Shown in pieces: positions 37,959 through 52,055 of a stretch of DNA of 64,000 nucleotides. The position numbers and the translations under genes are program-made. Location of the stretch: positions 82,150,001 through 82,214,000 of the forward strand of contig OX597820.1 of NCBI GenBank assembly GCA_951406725.2. The letters run 5' to 3'. The notes beneath the pieces are model-generated. The model was not told the origin of the DNA and searched no databases. It saw only the letters and a list, made by a program, of their open reading frames with translations. The stretch is from Octopus vulgaris. Lineage: Eukaryota. Numbering within the stretch: the first letter of the stretch is position 1; every line of letters begins with the position of its first letter.

Positions 37959-40372
37959 ATAGCACTGATTCGTTATATACTAGAAAGTATATTAAATGCT
38001 TTTATAAGTCAAAACTGGCTTTAATTTCTATAGAAAATCTGTAGAGACCACCTTAACAAGTGATTTAATAGCACTGCTAACACAGTAGAACGCAGTATAC
38101 TTTGTTGTATACTATGGGTGCACAACAAAATACGGTATCCCTACAAGTCATTAACTTTTAGGGTAGTGTATGGTGAAGAGAGAACAGATATCTAACACAC
38201 TTCACATTATGTATGATGGTGGGAAGATAGTCTTGTAGCAAACATCACACGATGTGTGATGGAGAAACAGAGGAGTTGGAAGGACAGTAGACATTAATCT
38301 TTCCTTCCTTTTTAACCTCTACAACAAACATCATCTTCTCTTCATTCTCTTCACTTCACACTAAACATTAGTCTTTTCCAAGACCTGCTAGAAATAGCAG
38401 CCAAAATCCCTTGTGAATATTTGATCATATAATCAGCTAGATCAGGATTGACTTGAGGCTAAGCAATTTACATTGTTTAGCAATCTTTCTGAGAACAACA
38501 TGAAAAAAAATATCTAATATCTAGATATAAAAAAAAAAATCTAAATATCTAAATATATCCTGAAGGTGGTGCCCCAGCTTGGCCACAGTCTAATGACTGA
38601 AAAAGATAAAAGATAGTATCCTTTGTGCAAAGTGGACAGGTAATATGTATAAGGTAGACAGGTACTGTACATAGAGTGGGCCATGTAGGGTGGACTGATA
38701 CTTATCATTTGATGGACAATTACTTTGTACAGGCTGGTCGGACAAATTTGATGGACAAGTACCTTGTAAAGGCTGGTCGGACAAATACCTTGTATATCAT
38801 AGTCGAGTACTCTGCATATGCTGGGTGAGGGGGGTGAGCCCTGCATATGATTAAAGATTACAATACAAGAGTATAAAACTTCCTTTGTTACTATAGCTGT
38901 CAAAAGAACCAAAAGAACAATAAGGCAGCTCAACCTGCCAGAAATAGCAGCCAAATCTCCCACAAACTACATGCCACCATTTTAAATAAAGAACACACAA
39001 GATAATGCGATCCTAGGTACCCTAAAAAAAAACAAAAAAAAAACGATATCATCATGGCTGAAACATTTTGATCATATTTGCTGAAAGTTTGATCAGAACT
39101 GACCTGGGGTTAATGAACAATGGACACATTTTAACTAATGTTGTAGTGGAAGAGAGAGAAGATGGGACTAATTGTCAACAGCACTGCATTTTGTCATACA
39201 TAAGTCACACAATATTTTCTTTTCAGTGGCCTAGTGCATGAATCAGTAAATAGGAACCATGGATGGTGTTTATGCATGTTTTATTATTTTCTCACTCAGC
39301 CACAGGTGATAGACTAGCATATTGCAAAGAAATACTTCACCATCATTTACTTAACTTTTCAGTAACTTCAGGAGTAAATACCATTTAAATGGATCCATGT
39401 TAGGAAATATTTCATATTTGGAGAAGGAGGGAGGGAGATTTTATTAAACTCTACTTCACAACCTAGAATATATCATTATGTCAGGTTTTTCTTACCATCC
39501 CCTTAGTCTAGCCCTGCTGGTTTGAGCTGGGAAAGGAAGTCTATGGCATCTAAGCCATGCTTTATGGTTTAGTTAAGGGTGGCATGACTAGTACTATGAC
39601 TGGAATGACAATGGGTGGAGGCTGAAAGAATCCTCTAGGGATCAGCAGCAGTATTCATAATATGATCATATTTCATCTATTTATCAGAGTCAGTGTAAAA
39701 AGTGTAGAGATACTAGTAGCGTGAACAGAATGTATAGTGTGTGTGTAGCCTGTAAAAACTGTGGTTTGTAGAGTTTTAGTGTAAGTACTTCTTGAGGATT
39801 CCATTGCTCATGTCTCTTGTTTAGGTGTAACCAATGGTAGTAACTGACAGTGAGCCATTTCTCCAACATATCATCACACACTGCCATATATGGAGATATC
39901 AATCTGAACTAACTGCTGCTATATGCAGTGACATCTGCTTGAACTAACCTTTCTGAAATTATTGTCCATACGATTGATAACTCCATCTTATCCAGGCCAT
40001 CTCACAATACTTTGACTTAATATTATCAACACAGATCAATAAGATCAGAGGTTAATGACACAAGAAGCCAGTGAAACAAGAGGTCAATGGGACAAAGAAG
40101 TTCTTTCAATCATGAAATGATCCATCAAAACAAAGACTCTACAGGATGCACAACTCAGTACTAAACAATCATTTTTCTTTTACAAGGTTAACTCTAGTCC
40201 ATGCCAACCTCATTAGTAATTATATTTAACATGAAACACTGAGATGTTGGCAGAGCAACTTTTGTAACAATAGTAATGTAAGTCTGAGTTTAAGCTAAAC
40301 ATAACAGGACAACTAGAATTATACAAGATACCAAAGAATACAAAAGGTCCTGCAACACAAAAATATGTAACA

Positions 40373-40797
40373 TATATGACTCACAAATCTATGACCAAAA
40401 TTTATAACGGCAATCTTACGGTTCTAGTATATTTTACGTCAAATGACCACGTGTATATGATCGTCGATTTCTGGAAAAAACTTATTTTTTTACATATGGG
40501 GCTGTGGGGAAATGGGATCTTTGGGGTTAGGGTTAGGGTTCCTAACCTTAACCCTAACCCCAAAGATCCCATTTCCCCCCAACTCCATATGTAAAAAAAA
40601 AAGTAAAAAAATAAAAGTTTTTCCCAGAAATCAACGATCATATATAAACAAATACATATGGTCATTTGATGTAGAATATACTAGAACCGTAAGATTGGCG
40701 TTATATATTTTGGTCATAGATTTGTGAGTCATATATAAACAAATACATGCAGTCATTTGACGTAAAATATACTAGAACCGTAAGATTGCCTATATAA
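40373..40797. mobile_element. Foldback/MITE-like palindrome with central TTAGGG/CCCTAA repeats, plus a tandem partial arm
   Basis: 40373-40735 is self-complementary; 40731-40797 duplicates part of the right arm. Confidence 0.8.
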
Positions 40798-40869
40798 CAT
40801 ATAAACAAGTAATCTCCAACCCATGCCAACATGGACAGCGGATGTTAAATGATGATGATGATGCAAGTA

Positions 40870-41440
40870 TGTAAAAAAATGTGATACACAAAAATATGAC
40901 ATGCAGCAAGCAAACATATGACACACAGGTATGAACACAAACATGTGACACAAATTTTCAACACAAAAATATGTGAGACAAATGCAAGACAAATATACAA
41001 TACACAGATATCTAAAAAACAAGTAAGTGACACACAAATATGACAAAAATAAGGTGGTACATGTTTATATATTCTTTATCTATTTTTATTTTTTGTGCCA
41101 CATGTTTGCGCAACACAGCTACATGATACAAAAAAATATGACAAAGATGTAATACAGACATATGAAATAAATGTGTATGTAACACAGAAGTAGGTGATAC
41201 AAATATGTGGTATAAAATATGTAACACAAATATAACATATAATTAGGTAACACAAATATGTAATAAATGTGAGATACACTAACGCAAGTATGTGACAAAT
41301 ATAAGATACAGAAATATGTAATACAAGTATGTAACACAGATGAAACAAAAATATATGCAAATATGTAATACACAAATGTGTGACACAAAAATATAACACA
41401 GTATGTAATACAATATGTGACATAAGTAACACACAAAAAC
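40870..41440. repeat. Degenerate tandem repeat (acacaaatatgtga-like)
   Basis: Direct reading. Confidence 0.65.
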
Positions 41441-43664
41441 AATTACTTTTGACAATACTTAATAGTTTTCTCTAAGTAGAAGTCAGTAAAATAGACACAA
41501 GTATTTCATGGGAACTTAATGACTTCAGAAGAGTAAAAAAAGAATTCAACCCTTGCAGAATTTGAACTTGCACTTAAGCTGCTCCATATTGAGTGTAGGT
41601 ATGTGCATGTGTGTTGTATGCCCTTTTTTCTTTGCCTGTATTTGTTCTTCTACTTCCCCTCATCAATACAAATTATCCAATGACTCCAACAGTAAATCCT
41701 CTTCATTATTTAGACATTAAAACTTACACAGCCTCCTAGGGGAGCTTCTGTACGATGATTCAACCTGCTAAAAAAAGTAGCTGAATATCCTTCAAATCTC
41801 ACATTACTGCCATAAAAACAAGAGGTACATATTGTTGTGAACTATATTTCTGAATGTCAGAAAAATGCTAAGATTATTACAACAGCAACATCATTGATTT
41901 ACTTTATCAGGGCTCATCTGGGATAAACAACAACTCTAAATAATATGGGGGAGGGGGAATTAAGACACTTTCATGGATATTTTTCTACAAGCTGATCTAA
42001 GCTATCTCTACCATCTTAAATCAGACTTTAATGAGTCAAAGAGTATTAAGTCAAGTAAACTGACCCCAAGACATTGCAGTACTTTTGAATTTAATGGATT
42101 TGAACTGAAAGCATTTAAAAAATACTCACTCCATAATTTTACAATGTTTTCATCACATTGTAATTATTTTAATTAAAACAATTTATTAAACTGACATATC
42201 ACAATATTCTAATCAAAATAATCATTTCAGATGTCAACAAACACCAACAATTTATAGGAAGAGATGTAGTTGCTTTGTTTTAAACATTCCCAACAGTGGG
42301 AGTGAGGTGATTAAATAAGGCTGGTTCTTATTTCATTCGCACCCCAACTACTCTGGAGGATAACTGGTGAAACTGAACTCAATTGTATTGACCAAATATT
42401 GTGTTTCTCTATTGATTTTGCCAGCTACCACATCTATCATAAAAAATAACAATTTCTAAGAGAGGCAAAAGGATACTTTTTAGAGAGGCTTAATCAACCC
42501 AACAAATGACTTGATACTTACTTTAGCAACCAAAGTCAACATTAATAGGCTTTTTACATTAAAACCACAGGATCAAGAAGACCCTTCAATCTCATCAAGA
42601 CCATAACATCTCTACTGCTCATGCCATGAGAAAATGTATATACCTAGTAGCCAAAATTGGAAGGTACAAGCAAGATGTGGTTCCCTAAGCTATCTAGAAA
42701 TGTAGTAAACCTAGAATAAGAAATGACTCAGACAACCCAACCAACTTAGAAACCAAATGGCTGAAATAAATATCACCTGGCATTTTGTCTGATGCTCAAA
42801 CAATTCTACCAGTCCACCACCTAATTATAATTGTTTCTACTGTAAGCACAAGGTCAACGATTTTGATTAAGGGGTTGAGTCAATACCACCAACCCCAGTA
42901 CTTGACTGGTACTTTATTTCCATAATAATAATAATCCTTTCTACTATAGGCACAAGGCCTGAAATTTGGGAGAGGAGGATAATCAATTACATTGACCCCA
43001 GTACTTAACTGGTACTTTTTCTACCAACCCCGAAAAGATGAAAGGAAAAATGAACCTTGGCAGGATTTTAACTCCGAATGAAAAGATGGGTGAAATACCA
43101 CTAACCATTTTGCCCAGTGTGCTAACAATTATGCCAGTTTGCCACCTTTACCATAATAATGATAATTATGATAATGACGATGGACTATCTCATGAAAGAT
43201 GCTGTGTTCAGCTTTTTGCCAAATGACCTGCACAAATGATTTGTTTATAGTGATCAAATGTATGTCCTGTACATTAGCTCACTCTCTCCATCAAATCAAT
43301 GTTGCCCAAACAGGTGCACAGTGTACCACACATCAGGTGTCGAAATGATTGCAGAGCAACATGAGAAACACAATGCACCACCCAGTCTAGGAACTGAAAC
43401 CACAATCTCACAATCATAAGTTCAACACCCTAACTACTAGGCTATGAGTCCTCACATAATAATAATCTTTCCTACTATAGGCACAAGGCCTGAAATTTGG
43501 GGTTGAGGATAGTCGATTACATTCACCCCAGTGTTTCACTGGTACTTAATTTATCTACCTCAAAGGAATTTGAACTTAGAGTGTAGCAGCAAACAAAATA
43601 TCACTAATCATTTCGCCCAGTGTGCTAACAATTCTGCCAGCTTGCCACCTTTCCTCACATAGTA

Positions 43665-43710
<46 letters not shown>

Positions 43711-43714
43711 TGGA

Positions 43715-44015
43715 TGTGCCATGTCAGTGTGTTTAGAGAAAAATTGGGCCTGAGAGGCATCAGATGTGGTGTGCTGGTATGGTCATGTGATGAGGACAGC
43801 TGTATAAAGAGCCAGTCACTAAACATTGAAGGAACATGTGGAAGAGGCAGATCTAGGACCTCATCAGTGCTGGTGCCATATAAAAAGAACCCAGTACACT
43901 GTTATGTGGTTGATGCTAGGAAGGGCATCTATGCCAAAGAAGACATAGAACTAGATGGAACCCTCAGGCTCATCTGTTCTTGACAACCCATGCGAACATG
44001 GAGAAAATAAATATT
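43715..44015 (+). mobile_element. RTE LINE 3' fragment
   Basis: REKLGLRGI...EDSCIK...IEGTCGRGR. Confidence 0.7.
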
Positions 44016-44187
44016 AAATTCTAAATCGGTAAAAAAGCCAGTAATTTTGAGGGGAGGGTGAAATCAGTTGACTCAGCCCCACTGCTCGACTATTTTATCA
44101 ATCCTGATAAGATAACAGGCAAAATCAACCTTGAAAGAATTTGAAGTTAAAACACTAAGCATTTGTTGGACTTGTGCCAGGTTGCCA

Positions 44188-44598
44188 CATCATCATCATC
44201 ATCATCATCGTTTAGCGTCCGCTTTCCATGCTAGCATGGGTTGGACGGTTCTACTGGGGTCTGTGAAGCCAGAAGGCTTCATCAGGCCCAGTCAAATCTG
44301 GCAGTGTTTCTACGGCTGGATGCCCTTCCTAACGCCAACCACTCCGTGAGTGTAGTGGGTGCTTTTTACGTGCCACCCGCACTGGTGCCAGACAGAGCTG
44401 GCAAACGGCCACGAACAGATGGTGCTTTTTATGTGCCACCGACACGAGGGCCAGGCGAGGCTGGCAACGGACACGAAACGGGGCGGTGCTGGCAATGGTC
44501 GCGAAACCGAAGGTTCTCTTACATGCCACCGGCACTGGTAACACATCTGCAATTTCCATTGATCGATTTCCATTGATCGATTTCGATTCTGATCCTTT

Positions 44599-44600
<2 letters not shown>
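44188..44600 (-). mobile_element. RTE-type 3' UTR fragment with (GAT)n tail
   Basis: Highly similar to 35238-35610. Confidence 0.7.
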
Positions 44601-44629
<29 letters not shown>

Positions 44630-44841
44630 TAATAATAATAATAATAATAATAATTCCTTCTACTATAGAAACAAGGCCTGAAACTTAGGGAGAGGAGGCT
44701 AGTTGATTACATTAAGCCCAGTGTTCAACTGGTACTTATTTTATCAACCCCCAAAAGGATGTAAAGCGAAGTCATCCTTGGCAGAATTTGAACTCAGAAT
44801 GTAAAGACAGATGAAATGCCCCTAGGCTTGCCATCTTAATG

Positions 44842-44894
<53 letters not shown>

Positions 44895-47324
44895 AACAAC
44901 AACACTTTGCATTGAATATCAATCATCATCATAACACTGTTTTCGAGGTATTGTACCAAACAGCAACCATTATACACATGAAGCACAGCAGCAGCATAGA
45001 CAGGCAGAGAGCTAAACATACATGTTCAATCAGACTCATGCAAAGATGTAAAACTAATATATAATCATAACCAATCAAGGAATGTTTGTAGTATGTGATG
45101 AGTGGGAGGTAGAGAAAGAAAGTTTACATGTGTACATTCATACATGTGTGCATGCGCATACACATAAGCCCTTTGTGAATAGAAATATATCATCGTCAAA
45201 CGAATCACATGTTAAGATTACCTCTACAGATTTTCTAGAGAAATTACAGCCAGCTTTGATTTGTTACAACGTTTTGTATCTGAATATGTCGAATGTAAAC
45301 AACAATGCAATGGAAGATTAGGTAATGGATGTATATGCATTTTTCTATGCTGGCATAGCTCAGACAAGACTTATTCAAGCAGTAATCTTTGGCTAGATGC
45401 CTCTCTGCAGCTAACCCTTACATTTTATCAAGCAAGGTATGTTTTTATTTCACATCAGATAGAAGGCCTGGTAGTATTTATTCTGGATTTCAATGCTACA
45501 AGTTCAAATCCTATTCTGATTATCTTTGTCTTCCATTTTACTGGAGTCAATAAAATACCAGTGCTGGATTTAATTCTTCATCATCATTGTCTTCTTCCTC
45601 TCTCTTTAAACAATTGCTGATCGCTTAAAGTGAATGAAATTTGTAAAAGTGGGACACCTATGAAGACATAGGGACAAAGTAGTAATACCTTATCTTAGGA
45701 TGTTGAGCCTCAAAGAGGAGATTTCAAAGGACTAAAATGACCAGCAATTTGCTGTGTTCAAGAAGATCTGTCTCTCATAACAAAAGTGAAGTCCTAAAAG
45801 CATTAAGTTTATGTCTATGCACTCACTGAGTCCTTCTGCATCCAATGCGTCTCCATCAAGCCTTCATCACCTTACCCATTCCTTCATCATTCTTTTAACG
45901 ATAGTACTATTCAGCTGCTATAGTCATGAGAGCAGAAGCTGAAAATATTTCTCATGCTTCTGTGTGACAAATTGCTTTCCTCTATTCTTGGAACCACTTC
46001 CTTTTAAAATTCATCGCTCTTTCTCACTATCATCCCTTACAAATTTATTTCTCTAATTATCCTTTCCTGTGCCTCTGGTTATCTCCCCTAACCTCTTCTT
46101 TAACACCCTATTATATCAGCTGTGGACAGCCCTACAACTTTGCCCCAATTCACCACAGCCATCCTTACTAAGCCTCTGACTTCCACTTCTCTCTCTCTCC
46201 ATACACCAACTCACATATCATCTCCCTGTTTTCTAATCATTCTACAGTTTTATTATACTGCTTGCTGCAGTTCACCTGCCCCATACTGCCACTTGTCACC
46301 TTCTGCTTTCTAAGCCTCACCCTATTTCTTTCACCTACCCCCACCCCCATAACCACACCTCTACCTTTGTTCCTTATTCACAACATTCACCTCTCTCTAA
46401 CCCTCTGTTACTCTCCTCTTACACTATAATGAACTTACCACTGACCCTCTCTGGTCCTCAGTTGATACTCTTTTATATTCACATGATTGTATCTTGAGTG
46501 TATGCTCTGGCACCTCATCACATCTTTATTTTCCAGTTACTCCCACTAATCCTTATATAATGCTATGCAAGATGTCTGTCCTCCTATCATGCTTTTACCA
46601 CTTGACACAAAACCACCACCTTCTCAACTACAACCCCACTCGAGTGAACAGGACTTATCTTTTGTGTTGCAAGTTATGCGGTGACCTCACAAAAGCTGGT
46701 GTCAAGAAAAAAAGAACCCAATGCTCTCTGTAAAGTGATTCGTATTAAGAAGGACATCCAGCTGTAGAAACCACACAGGAAAAAAACAGTGGAGCTTCAT
46801 GCAGCCCTCCACCTCATTGGATCCTTTCAAACTATCCAACTCATGCCAGCATGGATGACAAACATTAAATGGCAATGGCAATGACAATAAGGATAATGAT
46901 GATAATGATAGTCACAAATACAACAAACTTTTGTACAGTTTCTGTCAAACAAATTTCACTCACGAAACAGTATTTCAGCCTAAGCTATAATAGAAGACAC
47001 ATGCCAAAGATGCCACAGAGTGGGACGGAACCCAAAATCATGTGGTTGCAAAGCAACCTTCATAACCACACAGCCATGTCAGCATTTATATATATGTGTA
47101 AAAATGTGAGTGTGCATGTGTACACTCACATTTCTATATGTGTGTGTGTGTGCATTCACAATTTTGTATGTGATTGAGTTCATTCCTGGTTGTGAATATA
47201 CATGTGTACATTCAGGATTGTCTAAGGGTGTATGTACATTCAGTTGTGTATGTGTGTGTACATTCAAAGGTGTGTGCACATGTGTCTGTGTGTATACATT
47301 TACAGTTATGTGTGTGTGTGTGTG

Positions 47325-47625
47325 TGTACATTCAAAGGTGTGTGTGTGTATACACTCAGAGGTGTGTGTGTGTATACACTCAGAGGTGTGTGTGTGTGTA
47401 TACACTCAGAGGTGTGTGTGTGTGTATACACTCAGAGGTGTGTGTGTGTGTATACACTCAGAGGTGTGTGTGTGTGTATACACTCAGAGGTGTGTGTGTG
47501 TGTATACACTCAGAGGTGTGTGTGTGTGTATACACTCAGAGGTGTGTGTGTGTGTATACACTCAGAGGTGTGTGTGTGTGTATACACTCAGAGGTGTGTG
47601 TGTGTATACACTCAGAGGTGTGTAT
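47325..47625. repeat. 20-22-bp minisatellite (gt)n-atacactcagag, about 13 copies
   Basis: Direct reading. Confidence 0.95.
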
Positions 47626-48059
47626 GTGTGAACATGTACGCAAAGCAAATGAAAGGAAAGTTATGAATTCATATTCAAGAGATTCATTGACTGAAGCTTC
47701 ACCACTAACTGCCACAACATTCATTGGTGGTCTCAAATACACATGTATACTCAAAGTATTGAAGATCCAACACCTTACATTGTCAAAACTTTTATTGATT
47801 AATCATCTGAAACATACCTCATGCCTTTGTTAGAAATTATTATCATTATTTCTACAACAGGCACAAGACCTGAAATCTGGCAGGTTGTCTAGCACTCATA
47901 GCATTTCAAAGACCTTGTGCCTGTAAAGAACATACTATGGAGCAGACATTATCTGCAAAATTTAAGTTAGGAAATGATCAAGGAACAAGGCAATTATTGG
48001 AAGCTTGTGCATTGCTTGCAATTTAACATGTGAAGAAGAAAAGCAGTTAGGAATCTTAC

Positions 48060-48237
48060 CTGATAATGTTGACTTAGGTGTTTCAATCTCCAAAGATTCC
48101 GAGCCAAGGAGGGCAGGTGGTTGATGTAGTTGATAAAGTAGTTTAAGACGACTAGCCAGTTCACCTTTGCAAACAATGCCCAGAATCCAGACAAATTCTT
48201 TGAAGTTAATCATATAGTCTTTATTTTCATCCAAAAA
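48060..48237 (-). CDS. TBC1D9: TBC1D9-like EF-hand exon (FLDENKDYMINFKEFVWILGIVCKGELASRLKLLYQLHQPPAL...)
   Basis: EF-hand loop DENKDYMINFKE; phase 0-1. Confidence 0.95.
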
Positions 48238-48587
48238 CTGAAATATGAAGAAGTCATAAAGTAGTTGAGTTTAGACAAGAGAAGAGCATAAAAACCTATA
48301 GTTTTTGAAGGTGAATTCCTCATAGACTAGTGAAGTTGAGGTTTAAATTACTGTAGACTGGTGAGGAGTTCTAGAGGGTGGCATTTGTAGGGATAAATCT
48401 TAAGAGGAAGTGCTTGTGGGGAGAAGTATATTAAGGATAACACAAGAAGAGGTGGGTGAGGGAGGGTTCATAGTTTGGGAGTTGAGAGAAACATAAATTA
48501 TTGTCATATTATAAGTTGCAGAGTGTTTGTCAGTGAATCCTGACCAAGCACTCATACATGTTTGTACACTGACACAGAAATGCACAT

Positions 48588-48893
48588 TAGGGTGGAGCGA
48601 AAAAGGTACTTGTTACACAGATTTTTTAAATATGTTTTCAAGAATATATTTGTTATCACGAAATAATTTAAAAACAACTGTTTTAAAATCTGAAGTTCTT
48701 AAATTTACATCATCAGGTTCCGCGATTCGACCAAAAAAATAGCGATTTTGAAAATTTTCAATTGCAGTGCAAAGCCTGAAAAATAATATTTAACTGCAAA
48801 GTTCTTTATACACCTTTCTTTTAATCCTCATTTGCTACAAAATATCGATTCTTGGTTACCAATTTCGAAAGTTGCATTTTTTGCTCCATTCTA
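48588..48893. mobile_element. hAT-type MITE with 8-bp TSD
   Basis: TIRs tagggtggagcgaaaaa / tttttgctccattcta; TSD atgcacat at 48580-48587 and 48894-48901. Confidence 0.85.
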
Positions 48894-49017
48894 ATGCACA
48901 TTCAGGCATCAAATTCAGTTTGAAACCTTGAAATAAAACTGAATAATGACATATACTTAAAGTATAAAAAGCTCAAAATTAAAGCAGAACTTCTGCTGTG
49001 GGAAATATTATGCTCAC

Positions 49018-49209
49018 CCTGAATGCCCTCAGAGTCAGAGTTTCTGCAAGATTTCCGGTGGCCCATGGACAAAGGGAAAAAAACATGGTCTTAAACTGAT
49101 CAAAGTCTACTTTATACTGCTCATAGTATGGACGTGATGGGTCAAATTTATCAATGGTATCCACTGGTTGTTGACTGGTTCTCCAGTAGCATGATGTTAG
49201 ATACTCCTC
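49018..49209 (-). CDS. TBC1D9: TBC1D9-like exon (EEYLTSCYWRT...DPSRPYYEQYKVDFDQFK...LRAFR)
   Basis: DPSxPYxEQY family motif; phase 0-0. Confidence 0.95.
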
Positions 49210-50448
49210 CTGTAAAGAGAACAACAAAATAAAGGATTTTATTCAAATTAATTTTCAGTTTTCTATTTTTGACTCTGAAACAGAAGAACTTGAAATGATA
49301 CTTAACTCAGCTGAACTGAAACACAACTTAAAGTGTAGAACAAACTTAGAAACAGTCCTTACTCTAATGTTGTATGTAACCTAAAAGAAAGAATTATTAG
49401 AAAACTACTCAGACTAAGATTTAATATGATTTAATTTAAACATTTTGTAATACTGTACTCCTTCTAAGTTTGCAATGGCTGTGTGGTTAAGAAATCTGAT
49501 TGGAATCATTTTGATTTCACGTTCAGTCCCAAGCGCAGCACCTTGTGCCAGGCCAACCAATATCTTATGATTGAATTTGGAAGATGGAAGCTGTCATCTC
49601 TTGTTTGTGTGTTTGTGCATGCACGTGTGTGTGAGTTTGTGCATGTGTGGGTGTGTATGCATGAACTTGAATGTTTGTGTTTATGTAACAGCACTTCAGA
49701 TTTTGTTTCCTAATGTGCTTGTAACTTAGTGCCTCTGCAATTAGACACTTCAAGGCTCAGGAACTCCAGTACAGACTCTGGCAAATGACTGATACTAGCA
49801 AAAGAATAAAAAAGGGTTTATTTGCACCATCTCCTATTAGATGTACAACAACCATGTGAATATGGTGCTAGATCTCAGACCATGTGGCTGACAGTTCACA
49901 CTACTACTCTGTAAGCAGTAGTAGTATAACAGCCATTCCCTCTACCCTCTAAACTGGTAAATATTTTATAAAAAAATAATTTACTAAGAAATTTGAACCC
50001 AGAATATCAACTTAAGTAACTGAAAACAAGAACTATTATTCTGGTGCTTAAATAGATTAGGGTGAAGACAGTACCTAATTAGTTTGTTTAAATGAATTTC
50101 CTACTTCACAGCTGAGTTATTAGCAGTAGGAAAGACAAGCAGAGAAAGGTATAGGCAAAACATTAACGGGAAAAGGAATAATACTGGTTTCCAATTTTGG
50201 CACAAGGCCAGCAATTTTGGGGAAGCAGCTAAGTTGGTTACATCAACTTTAATGCTCAACTGGTACTTATTTTATCGACCCCAAAAAGGATGAAAGGCAA
50301 AGTCAACCTCAGCGGAATTTGAAATCAGAATGTAAAAATGGACAACATACTGCTAAGCTTTTTGCCTGGCATGCTAACAATTCTACTAGCTTGCTGCCTT
50401 AAATAGAGAAGGAATAATATTATAAATGGAACCGATATAGTTTAATGA

Positions 50449-50673
50449 TTTGACGCTTTAGCATTTACAGTAGCCATGACTAGCCTAAATATTCAACCAG
50501 TTTTATGTCAAAACTGGCCAGACCTGGTCTCCCACATCTATCCAACAATGTCATTCTAAAACTAAGGAATCACAGGAAAATGTCTTCGCTACAAGATAAT
50601 GCATGATTAATTCAAAATTATGTAAATAAAAAAGCATTGCATTTCTGAGAGTAACCTGTATGCTAAAGGGTCA
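50449..50673. mobile_element. piggyBac-like MITE, old (partial relative at ~35870-36030)
   Basis: Termini ctttagcat / atgctaaaggg with decayed TTAA. Confidence 0.55.
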
Positions 50674-51149
50674 AACCCACTACAATTTCAGGTGATTTTA
50701 TTGATGCTGGAGGAATAAATTATGTACATTATCATTTCGACATCTGCTATTCTTGCTGAATATCTTCATTGGCAGCCATGATCAAGAAATCCTGATCCAG
50801 GATATCTATGTTTCAGAAGATATGTGATCCATGATCATCCAATGTTTGTGTTAAACCAAATATCAACTCTACATTTTACAATTCGTTCTTCCTTTTCTAA
50901 GATGGGAATATTTGATTTGAAGGAGATTTGGTTGTTATTTCTAGCAAGTAAAACGACAACAAAGAGGCTTCTTCACACAGTCAGTTAGTTGCTGTTTAAT
51001 CTCAGAGAAACCTTGATCAAAGAGACCAATGATAAAAAAACATTCCATCTGTAACCAAGCCATCTTTTATTCACATACAGAAAAAGAAAACCATTATGGC
51101 AATTTAGTTCCAAACATTGGCTGATATTTCTAGCAGGCCCAACGACTGT

Positions 51150-51379
51150 TTAACTCTTTTGATGCCAACCTGTCAGAAACCATATCTGGCTCTGTAGTAC
51201 AAATGTCTTGTTTTCAAAAGTTCTAAATTAAACTCTTCCACTAAACCTTAGTCACAATTAATGTTCCTAACACTAGCTTAATGATAACTAAGTAATTTTA
51301 CTAAATGCTTTGCTATATTTAAAATTAATTGAAAGAAACACAGAGTATCTCAATAGAAATATGGTAACAAAAAAGTTAC
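51150..51379. mobile_element. piggyBac-like MITE (same family as 63300-63530 and the partial copy at ~54617)
   Basis: ttaac(t/c)cttttgat start; internal similarity between copies. Confidence 0.6.
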
Positions 51380-51465
51380 ACATTTGTTCATTTTGTCTGA
51401 TGGTAGCTAAAAGTTGAATATGGTACTACCATTGACCATGCCACAAAGAATTTCAAAACACTTAC

Positions 51466-51564
51466 CCGAAACAAGACATATAAGTCTTCAAGTTCCTTCC
51501 CTTCAAACACTGTCTCTGATGCTACACTGCGAAGAATATTCTTCATTGTACTGTCCTCGATGTT
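51466..51564 (-). CDS. TBC1D9: TBC1D9-like exon (NIEDSTMKNILRSVASETVFEGKELEDLYVLFR)
   Basis: Not in ORF track; ELEDLYxLF segment; phase 0-0; donor gtaagt. Confidence 0.92.
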
Positions 51565-52055
51565 CTAGAAATGCAACAAATAAAAATACAGGGTCAAACA
51601 GAACATCAAGTTTAGCAGAGTTTTTGACAAATTTTCTTTTTTACATCAGCCTGATCTTTTGATAATGAATGTTTAAGTGAAAAGCTGAAATATTCATATA
51701 TGCTATTGATAAAAAAGTGAACCATTCGTACATGCTATTGATAATAACTGATCCCCAAAACCCAGATTCGGTGAGAATAGGGCTAATAATAAAAAAAAAA
51801 TCATTTCTATGCAAAATTTTATTTTTTGTAAATGTATCAAATGACTCCAAATTGCTGATATAACAACACATTTTCTTGCCAAATTTTGACAGAATTCAAA
51901 GATTAAAAAAAAGCCCAACTTTCTTCCTTTTAACCAATTAATGCAGGAAATAGAGGCATTTTATAAGGAGTTAGAAAAATGACATGGAGACAATTATGCA
52001 AGTTGGCTCTGGGACCTGGTTATGTATGGTTGTAAGAAGTTAACAAAGCACTTAC

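Noticed and set aside
47079-47833. Long Cys/Val-rich ORFs and a regular CRISPR-like periodicity
   Set aside because: Minisatellite with invariant units and no unique spacers; eukaryotic intron, no cas genes
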